Source of the DNA: Octopus sinensis | Taxonomy: Eukaryota | Assembly (NCBI RefSeq): GCF_006345805.1 | Contig: NC_043000.1 | Location: forward strand, 73,470,001 to 73,534,000 | Length of the DNA stretch: 64,000 nucleotides | Reading direction: 5' to 3' | Shown: positions 27,055-36,529 of the stretch, one piece after another | How positions within the stretch are numbered: the stretch's first letter is position 1 | Layout: every line of letters begins with the position of its first letter | Translations under genes and position numbers: made by a program | Notes under the pieces: model-generated | Seen by the model: only the letters and a program-made list of their open reading frames with translations | Database searches by the model: none | What the model was told of the DNA's origin: nothing

Positions 27055-27884
27055 GCAGGTTCTTTGAAAATCATTCCCCCCACTCTCAAGTTAAAGTAAT
27101 ATAAAGATTGGATGCACACTGCCTAATCATATTAATAATTATCTTACATAGTAGTTTTTCTCAATCAGCTCTAGTACATCACAATCTCTATGAGAGCATT
27201 TGCACTAGTCACTTTATCACTTGAATATCAATCAATTCTCATTTCATATTTTTGCCTTCTTAAGTGTGAAGACTATGATCAACCTTAAATAAGTGTCTAT
27301 AAAACTTTCATCTATTAAAAGACTGACAGAGATTTAATTATTGTTAATGTGATCATTGTTTTCGTCATCTGTTTTATATTTTTCCTTGCAAGCTTGGTTC
27401 AGGCAGTCTTACAATGTTACTATGTTTACAATATAATTTTATCTCTAACAATGATCTTTAATATTCTCATATCTGTTTTCTTTAAACTGCCTCTTTTATG
27501 ATCTGTTGACATATCTGGTTGCATTTCCAGATATTGTTTGAGGTTTTTACTGGAATTTTTATCTGTATCTTTAACTAACTACCACTAAGGCAATATGTTT
27601 ATACAAATACCACATGTCTGCTTAAAGAGAATTTATGTTTTGTATTTCAATCTTTTTATGTATTTGAAGCCTAAAGCTATCAAGTATTTGTATGCTATTT
27701 AATACAGTTCTCTTATTTGTTTGTTTAATTTTTTTGCCTTGGATAGATAGCACTATAGCTATATAAAATGATGTAACAATTTGATGTTGACTAAAAAATT
27801 ATATTAGAGGAATTTTGTACTTTTGTCATTTTTATATTATAAAGAAATTCTAAAATATAACTCATTAATTCTTATGTTATATAG

Positions 27885-28004
27885 TCAAGCCATCGATCAA
27901 AAGTAACTGAAAATGTTACTGTTCAAATTAACCCTCAACCTACAGATATCATAACCTCTGAAGATGGCTCTGACACTGTGATTTCTCTTGGTTCTGCAGA
28001 CTAA
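27885..28004 (+). CDS. DMTF1: DMTF1-like terminal coding exon
   Basis: TTATATAG acceptor, then an open phase-0 frame SSHRSKVTENVTVQINPQPTDIITSEDGSDTVISLGSAD ending at TAA 28002-28004. Confidence 0.7.
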   Translation, partial: SSHRSKVTENVTVQINPQPTDIITSEDGSDTVISLGSAD

Positions 28005-28099
28005 GTCTAAAGTTAAAATATCTTGGAGATATTCTCAGCTGAGACAGGTGTGTTTACTTAAATTACTAAAACCACACTCATCATCATCCTTTTATGTCC

Positions 28100-28437
28100 A
28101 CTTTTCAGCATATCCATTTATATTACTCTCAAATGTCTTTTATTCACATTGTTTTGAATTAATCATACATTATCTTATAATCATGCATTACCTCATAACT
28201 TTCAGATTTTAATGATATAATTATTTTTTTTAATGTGAGGTATACTTGCCATCTCAGTATGGCTAACCACTAAGGGTGGGTGTTACTGTAGCTTGTAGCC
28301 CTCATTCAGAGATTTATTATTATTTTTTTAAGAGTGACATTTAATATTGGTATGAGAGGTCAGATCTGGCCAGTTTGAATATAAAGCAGGTAGAATATTT
28401 TGGTCAGATATGACCAGTTTAAATGCTAAAGGTTTAA
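28100..28437. mobile_element. MITE-like repeat just 3' of the DMTF1 stop
   Basis: Starts TTTTCAGCAT and ends ATGCTAAAGGTTTAA. Its left part is the reverse complement of fragments at 9490-9545 and 15380-15456. Confidence 0.5.
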
Positions 28438-28963
28438 AGTAAATGAAGAAATATCAGCTGGTAAAATTTGCACAATAAAGGACAAAATGGTGATCTAGAG
28501 ACAAAAAGCGAACATTTAAAAAAATATTCTTCATAACTACTGAGTGCATGATAAACTTTTTTTTAATCTTTTATCATATAACAAAAGGAAAATACATGTG
28601 CATTTCTCAAATATCTGTTTGTTTCATCTACAAAAAGTATTTTTGTCTCTGGTAGGAAAACAATCAGAATTTATTTATATCTAAAGAGAGTGAATTGGAA
28701 AGTGTGTGGACTCACATTTTAGAGAAGCATCCAACTAGAGCTAAGAAAATGCTTAAAATTGTGCAGTTTTCTACCATGTACACATGATGCTGCACTTTGA
28801 ACTGTGACAAAGTTGCAGGCACTGAAACATTGAGGTTTAAAAATGGCATATGATCAAACATTCCACCAAATACTCAAGAACTGTGTTCTTCATTTAAACT
28901 TCTTGTGTCTTTCTATATAGATTTCACATTATTTATTTGGCTTAGGTGAGCCAAATAAACAAG

Positions 28964-29177
28964 GGCAGTGAACTGACAGAAACATTAGCACACCCAGCAA
29001 AATGCTTACTGGTATTTCATCTGTCTTTACATTCTGAGTTCAAATATTGCTGAGGTCTACTTTGCCTTTCATCCTTTCAGGGGTCGATAAATTAAGTACC
29101 AGTTGCATACTGGGGTCAATCTAATCGACTGGCCCCTCCGCAAGAAATTTAGGGACTTGTGCCTAGAGTAGAAAAGA
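28964..29177 (+). mobile_element. tRNA-derived SINE, same family as 13868
   Basis: GGCAGTGAACTGACAGAAACATTAGCAC...GAGTTCAAAT...GCCTTTCATCCTTTCAGGGGTCGATAAATTAAGTACCAG. Confidence 0.85.
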
Positions 29178-29279
29178 TTTTTTATTTGGCTTAGCTAACA
29201 AACCCTAATATGTGACAAGAAATTTTGTTTTTTAAAACTGTCACAAATGTGACAATTTTGGGAAAGCTCTCTGGAATAC

Positions 29280-30100
29280 TCTGCTCTAACAAGAAAGAGT
29301 TTGTCCTCTTTAGTTAATTTGTGTGATCATTATTTGCTGAAATGCTAAGGAATTACTAAATCATTTTCAAATTTAAGCAAAAGAATGTCGAGTTGGACAA
29401 ATTTGATAATTTAATGAATGCTCTTGCTGAGAATCTTATTACATATATTTTTATCTGATAAAGATGTTTCTGCAGATGCTAGTGAGCAATCTATATCAAG
29501 TATTCTGTTACAAGATAACCACCCAGTGTTGTATATATTAAGAAAGTTAACCACTGCTAAATCTAATCATCTAATATCACAAATTTTTAGCACTTATATG
29601 GGCTACAAACACTACCCACCATTTTTCATTTAGAAAGAAGCTCTTAATTAGATCTGCTTATCGTCCTCTGAAATCCATTTTTAATCTATTCAAAGAATTT
29701 TAAAATGTTATGCTTTTAAGAATACTGACAACATTTGATTTTGATATTTCATATTGTTGATGCATTCTCTTGATTAAATTTTTAAAACTACAATTTCAGT
29801 GAATGATGCTGAAAATTTTATTTACTGGATTATTTACTGATATATTATATCTTCATAGCTTAATTTTGAAAACATTATGTGATCCAGTATTGAGCAAAAT
29901 TATTTCCCGGAATCAAATTAATATCTGGACTAACATGTTAAACATTGATTAACACTCAGAAACACTATACTGCTGTAATTTGTAATCATGCTTTCAGTTT
30001 TCAGGAGATAAATCATAAAAAAGGTCCACAAGTGATGAAAACTTCATTAAAAGAAGGACTTGGTCCACATTTGGCATTAAGCATTTATGTTTTAGTTATA
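29280..30100 (+). mobile_element. Very old Gypsy RNase H remnant
   Basis: VSADASEQSISSILLQDNHPVLYILRKLTTAKSNH resembles the Gypsy RNase H DAS...PV.Y.SR.L motif. Confidence 0.55.
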
Positions 30101-31269
30101 TGTGTATAGACTAAACTGACAGAAGATTGAGAATGAAATTAGGGGTAATAATATATATAAAAAAAAAAATGCCTGAACTGAGACACGAGAAAAGTGAGAA
30201 TGTTTACAACATGAGGAGTTTGATTATACACCTATAAATGATAGGATTTCTAAGATGATGCTTTGTATTAGAATTTATATCCTTACTATATACTGTTACA
30301 ATATTTATTATATTCATATATTGTTGAATCAGTAACTTCAGTGATTCTATAACATTTTTGGTTTACTTTTTCTCAGATCTTCACTGTTAAAATCAACTTG
30401 GTTCTATTTCTCAAACTTTTTGTGGACTTCATCAAGAAGAGAAAGCTACTTCAGATCAGAATCCAAACAAAAGCAGTTTTGTAAGTAAATTATCGTTATA
30501 GAACTATTCTGCAGAGTTGTTTAGGAAAGGCATCAGGAAGATTTGATTATGTAAATAAATTATTAATCAAGATAACATTTCAGATTCAACTTAATGATAA
30601 TACCACAATAGATAAACTAAATACGATAGCAATTATGCTATGCTTTTACTGTAGTATGTGAAACCAGATATTTTTCTTAAATGTAAAGAAATGTTGACCT
30701 ATCACTGAATTTCACAAAGGAATTCACCTAGTTTGGAGCTTCAAAACTCTTTTCATACTTCATTTGAAAAACATGCCTGTGTGTGTGTGTGTGCACATGC
30801 GCACGCATGCCCATGCGTGCATGTGTGCACACACTCACACAGATAGATGCAATAAGTCTCGCATAGGTAAACATAAGCATGGATTTAGGCACATGCATAT
30901 TCACATACTTAAACTCACTCTCTCTATACATATTCCTCTCTAATTTTCTCTTTCCTTTTTTTTTCCAGCTGAGGTACTGTGTATTTCCTCTACAACAAAA
31001 CCTATTGTTATCCCTCTTTTATACTTTTTAACCTCTCATCAACTGACACAAAGCCACCACCCTCAATACTGCTCTCTCCAGTTGTGGGGTTTTTGTTTTA
31101 TAAGTTACTTGATGACCCTGCTGGTACTGGTAACACAAAAAGAGAACCAGTACACTCTGTAAAGTGGTTGGTATCAGGAGTGGTATCCAGTCTTAAAAAC
31201 CATGCTAACCAGCCCAAGGCTACCTTAAACACCTACTTGACAAACATCTGTGAAGAGAGAGGACACGTG

Positions 31270-32110
31270 AACAAGATTAAGTGCAACTTGTGATGACACA
31301 AGGAACAGAATACTCCCCATTTCTATTACCTCATATAAACACATAAACCAAAATTAAACCTGTTGTCTCTAGTATTAAAAGACTCTTCTTTCAAATACCT
31401 TGGTTTCTATCTAAAATTCTCAAGCCACTACTTCAACCCTTTCCAAGACATGTTGAAAGCTCCACCAAAGTCATCAACAAACTATGATGTCTCAACTTAT
31501 TCGTGCTTAGGAAAAAGTAACTACCATTTTAGCTTAAAACATTTCCTATATAACACCCCTCTTACAACCCCAGCTGTCAACTTACTAACTGAACATATTA
31601 CTTCCTCTCATAACCTTAACTGCATTAGGCACACGGCTCCAGATATCCATAAACTATTAACTACTATAATGGAAAACACCTTCCATTCTGAGGGTTCCAT
31701 TTACAAACAAATCTCTGGATTACTGTCAGGTATACTGACCATCATATACAGGGACCAGTTACAACACAGGATACTCCTTTGCTTTTTCTACCAAGTATGT
31801 GGATGACATCCGCATATTAACATCATCTCACAAGCAGGTTATTAAAATATACAATATATTCAACAATGTTGATGAATACATAAAATCAAATGTGGAGTTC
31901 CCCAATAACACCAGTTCCTTACATCTGCTTGATTTCAAACTCAAAATCTCAGAGAACATTCATCTCCACTAAATTTTACAGAGAAGCTGAATACAGGAGC
32001 CCATTTATTCATTATGATTCATCCCTGCCCATCAGAACTAAGTTGGCCTATATCAGAAATGAGATTTTGCATGATATGCAGTAAATGCAGCAAGGCAGGA
32101 ATCAAAATGT
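31270..32110 (+). mobile_element. Degenerate Penelope-like RT remnant
   Basis: KLLTTIMENTFHSEGSIYKQISGL, a YVDDI-like motif near 31797, and FYREAE..FIHYDSSLP..K..YIRNE. Confidence 0.6.
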
Positions 32111-32671
32111 TGTTGTGTAGCAATTTATCACATAAATCATTATTAACTTCATACAGAATTTGTTTTTAGAATTTCTAAAATTTCTAATATCAGATTTTAG
32201 TTTAGCTTAAAAATGGTTGTAGTACTTACAAAATCTTATATTAGTTACTAAATCAAGGGGGTATACCTCAAAAGGAACTAAATCTTTTATCTAGGGTGGA
32301 TATTTATATGTCCTTAAATCATAATGTTCTGTGAAAGTAGATGTTAGTGTAACATCAAAAAAATAAAGCCTTCCATCTCATGAGGTCTTATACTTTCCCT
32401 AGAAGCATCCTAATCATCATCATCATCATCATTTAACGTCCGCTTTCCTAAGATATGAGTTATTCATTGCTGTAGGTATATTTTTTAAGGAGTAATCCAC
32501 GTAATATAAATCCATAATAGTGTGTATAAAATTTTTAGAATTCTTATAGTCACTCAACTTTACATAGTTATATGCCAAACAATGTGGAAATTGAATTTGC
32601 AGCAGAAAACAACATACAATTTTTACATTATTTATATTTGACGAATATTTGTCCTCATCTTGTTTGTTGTT

Positions 32672-32717
32672 AACACAATGTTTCGGTTGATATACCCTCC
32701 AGCCCTCATCAGGTGGT
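32672..32717 (-). ncRNA. Minimal type I hammerhead ribozyme motif (left arm)
   Basis: Minus strand: ACCAC-CTGATGA-G-GGCTG-GAGGGTATAT-CAACC-GAAA-CATT-GTGTT. Confidence 0.65.
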
Positions 32718-33044
32718 TTGGGGAAATTTTGAACCTGTGTTCTCATTCCTAAGGTATTCTTTGATGTTGTTGTTGTTATTATTATCATTATTATTATTAT
32801 TCAGGTCACTGCCTGGAATTGAACTCGGAATCTAGGAGTTAGTAACCCACGCTCTTAACCACTACACCATATGCCCGTGGCCCACGGACATATGGCATAG
32901 TGGTTAAGAGTGTGTGCTACTAACCTCAAGATACTGAGTTCAATTCCAGGCAGTGACCTGAATAATAATAATAATAATAATAACAACAACAACAACATCG
33001 AAAAATACCTCAGGAATGAGAACCCAGGTTTGAAATTTCACCAA

Positions 33045-33087
33045 GACACCTGATGAAGGCTGGAGGGTATATCAGCCGAAACGTGTT
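33045..33087 (+). ncRNA. Minimal type I hammerhead ribozyme motif (right arm)
   Basis: GACAC-CTGATGA-A-GGCTG-GAGGGTATAT-CAGCC-GAAAC-GTGTT. Perfect 5-bp stem II. It is 3 nt shorter than the left arm at the cleavage triplet, so it is probably inactive. Confidence 0.65.
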
Positions 33088-33176
33088 AACAACAAACAAG
33101 ATGAGGACAAATATCTGTCAAATGTAAATAATATAAAAATTGTACATAATTCTTCATCTCTTAAATATAGAACAGG

Positions 33177-33755
33177 CAAAGACCTGTTGAGGCAAGTGAA
33201 ATCGAAATCAAAATCAAATTCAAAGACTGGCATCCATGCTAGCGGGGTGCAAAGAGTACCATAGGAGTGTGATCGTTGACAGAGCAGCTAACCGGCTTCC
33301 GTACCAGTGGCATATAAAAGGCACCATCTGTGTGTGATTGTTACCGGTGTCACATTACTGGCACTTGAGCCCTGTGCTAGTAGGGTGCTATGAGCACATT
33401 CGAGTGTGATCGTTGCCAGAGCGGCTAACTGGCCTCTGTGCCGGTGGCACGTAAAAGGCATCACTCGAGCGTGATCGTTACCACCATCACCTTACTGGCA
33501 CCTGTGCCGGTGGCATGTGTAAAAAGATTTGAGCGAGGTCATTGCCAGTACCACCTGACTGGCTCCCGTGCTGGTGGCATGTAAAAGCACCCATTACACT
33601 CTCGGAGTGGTTGGTGTTAGGAAGGGCATCCAGCTGTAAAAACTCTGCCAGATCAAGATTGAAGCCTGGTGCAGCCATCTGGTTCGCCAGCCCTCAGTCA
33701 AATCATCCATCCCATGCTAGCATGGAAAGTGGACGTTAAACGATGATGATGATGA
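33177..33755 (+). mobile_element. RTE 3' UTR fragment with (GAT)n tail
   Basis: Same repeated GTGCCGGTGGCAC(G/A)T units as 18317-18760 and 57650-58110. Ends GGACGTTAAACGATGATGATG. Confidence 0.85.
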
Positions 33756-34271
33756 AGGCAACATATTTAGAGGTATATAGTTTATAGATTCAATATAGGT
33801 AGAATCAACAAAAATACTCCATTCAGTGAGAGATAAATATCAATTTAATTCACATACTGAAAGAGCTATTAATAGTTTCATGTTTTTATAATACTTTAAC
33901 TAGGCATATTTATAAAATACACCATGTGTCTCCAAGCAATTTTCCAGGCTTTGTTTATCTGTTAAATATATTTTAAAAACAAGGATGCTGGATAAAAAAA
34001 ACCTTCCCATAAAAACCTAATTACCACCCTACTCAAACTCATACAATCAAAGGTGATTTCAACTGAACAGAAACTATATAAAGGCAAGACTAACTCTAAT
34101 GCACTGCAATCTGATGTTGGCTTACCTGGGCAAAACCTTGAAATCACTGTCAGCAACATTCTTGTATAAGAATCATAAATTTGTACTCTGCAAAAGTATA
34201 GAGTAACCCATCAGATTAATGTAAAATTGTTTTATTATAAATGAACATAAAAACAAGCATTTATATATATA

Positions 34272-34331
<60 letters not shown>

Positions 34332-34367
34332 AATAATCAAAATAAGCAACAAGAATGACTCTGGTAA

Positions 34368-34455
34368 TTTGGTACGATCATTTCGTACTACATCATTTTA
34401 TTAAATGTTGTAAGTATTACAACAGATTTAAGATGCTGAGTACTCATCAGCCAAA
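34368..34455 (-). ncRNA. Type I hammerhead ribozyme with a long stem II insert
   Basis: Minus strand: TTTGG-CTGATGA-GTACT...AGTAC-GAAA-TGATCG-TA-CCAAA. Stem I TTTGG/CCAAA, stem II GTACT/AGTAC, GUA cleavage triplet. Confidence 0.8.
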
Positions 34456-35402
34456 TATAGAGGTTTTCCATTAATACAAAAATTTTCAAATCAAGTGGCA
34501 ACATTATAGAGAAGGTAGATATATAGACAAAGATGTGGATTTAAATGTTAAGAACATATGAGGTAGTAGAGTCCGTCCACTGACTGACTAAGATCTGGTT
34601 GTTCTGACTGCTGTAAGGTTAGAAGCAATAAAGATGTTTTAATTGTAGAAATGGGGTAAAGGGGGTTTCAGAACTCCATAAAAGGAATTCATGTTGAAGA
34701 GAGCAGTTGCCACTAATAAATGCCAATTACTGCTATTTGATGAGAGAACTAGGTCAATGTCAAATGGTCCCAATCCCAATCACAGAGAGTGTAATTTAGA
34801 GAAAAAAAGAGAAGAAAAGCTATCACTTATTATTATGAGTAGGCATAGTACTGGGGGAAAGCCTTATTAATTTTAAAGCTAGATTAATTTTAGAAAAAAA
34901 TTCAATTTCAAGTTTGCAGTGAAGTTTTTATAGTCATCTATGAATGTTAAATTGAAAGCCAGTATTGGTATATTTCTTCTTATTTGATTATAAAGAATTA
35001 AAATCTGAAAAATATAGGAATACTCACAAAATTATTATTTAAAGTATTTAAACGTTCGGGTTGTGCAATGTATACAAGATTCTCCCAACTCCAGACGATT
35101 ATTCAACAGATTTGTATTACTCTGATGTTTTAAAATTTCATAAGTTTCCATAGAACAAAGTTGACAACCATCCCTACTATTTCTATAAGGTTGCGCCCTT
35201 CTAACTATATCCCATTTTAGGTTGAATTCTATATTATTTGTTTTTAGTTCCCAAATCTTGCTAGATAGTGTTGTGCAACCTGCCTTATGTTTGAATCTAA
35301 AAGAGGAAAAATGATTAAGACGTCTTTTAAGATCTACTGAACAACCGAAATAAAGAAAGCTATTGCTAGAAGTTATTATCATGCATTTATAAATTACGTT
35401 TT

Positions 35403-35404
<2 letters not shown>

Positions 35405-35469
<65 letters not shown>

Positions 35470-35660
35470 TGTATGTATATGTATGTATGTATATGTGTAT
35501 GTGTGTGTGTATGTATGTATGTATATGTGTGTGTGTGTGTATGTGTGTATATGTGTATGTGTGTGTGTATGTATGTATGTATGTATATGTGTATGTGTGT
35601 GTGTATATATATGTCTATATATGTATATGTGTGTGTATATATATGTCTATATATGTATAT

Positions 35661-35692
<32 letters not shown>
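35405..35692. repeat. (TA)n/(TATG)n/(TG)n microsatellite
   Basis: Direct inspection. Confidence 0.95.
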
Positions 35693-36529
35693 ACCAGAGA
35701 CTGAACAAGCAAAACATATGGTCTCACTTTAGAGTATTTAATTTATAATTTAAATATAGTGCTGAGTAGTTACAGTAAATAAATAAAGTCTCAATTTAAT
35801 ACATACACTGAAAGAGCTACCAATAGTTTCATGATTTTATGATACCCTAGCTAGGTATATTTATAAAATATCCCATGTATCTCCAAGCATTCTTTCAAGC
35901 TCTGTTTATGTACTAAATATATTTTAAAAACAATGATGCTAGACTGTGAGAAAAAATGAGAAGGAAAAACTCAAAGAAGGTTGATGTAAAAAATGGAATG
36001 AGAAGAAAGAAATGAAAGTGTAGTGGGAATATATATTCAGTACTAGGTGTTGATGTTGCTGCATGTATATTATTACAAGAGTTCATATAGAGATGAAAGA
36101 TCAATTCAAGAACTTATATATTTACTACATGAAAATATATTTTATTTACTGGTCGATGATGATACATAATCAAAATGTAGAATCTTCTTGAATGAAGTAA
36201 TCTATGCAAGAAAGTTCAGAGATAGGAAACATAGAAATAGCAGCTAAGTGGTGGTTTACAGTTATGTGGTGTAGAGAAATAGACAGACATAGCAATGACA
36301 TAATTGGCTCTAAGTCTAATCTACTAAGAAGCAAAGAGCAGGGTTAGCGAGCTGTTTTTATTAATAGAGTGCTAGACATTCTATAAACTTCCAAGAGAAA
36401 TACTAAGCTTCTTGAATAATTAAGAATCACATCTCATGACACAGATGCTTTGAGAAACTTAATAAAGGGAGGTTACTCTGTAAGCCTTCTTTCAAGGGAG
36501 ATCATTCAACTATTTAGCTACATAGATCA

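Larger units (their letters stand above)
32615..33144. mobile_element. Palindromic element: two head-to-head tRNA-derived units, each with an (AAT)n linker and a hammerhead motif
   Basis: Arms 32615-32879 and 32882-33144 are imperfect reverse complements. The right arm has A box TGGCATAGTGG (32893-32903), B box GAGTTCAATTCC (32936-32947) and CTGATGA...GAAA (33050-33081). The left arm mirrors these. Confidence 0.85.
33830..35942 (-). mobile_element. Penelope-like element 3' part (GIY-YIG fragment plus hammerhead), bracketed by ~160-bp direct repeats
   Basis: ORF 35035-35382 reads FLYFGCSVDLKRR.NHFSSF...LSSKIWELK...KWDIVRRAQPY..CQLCSMETYEI...LLNNRLEL...CIH, a PLE-type GIY-YIG C-terminus. Repeats at 33830-33990 and 35780-35942. 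Hammerhead at 34368-34455. Confidence 0.75.

Noticed and set aside
32885-32955. Candidate tRNA genes in the palindrome arms and SINE heads
   Set aside because: A and B boxes are present but there is no proper acceptor stem or cloverleaf; treated as tRNA-derived SINE heads.
35394-35748. Y/I/H/T- or V/C/M/Y-rich ORFs here and at 51257-51668, 53779-54087, 55147-55592 and 60698-61085
   Set aside because: These are translations of TA/CA/TG microsatellites, not genes.
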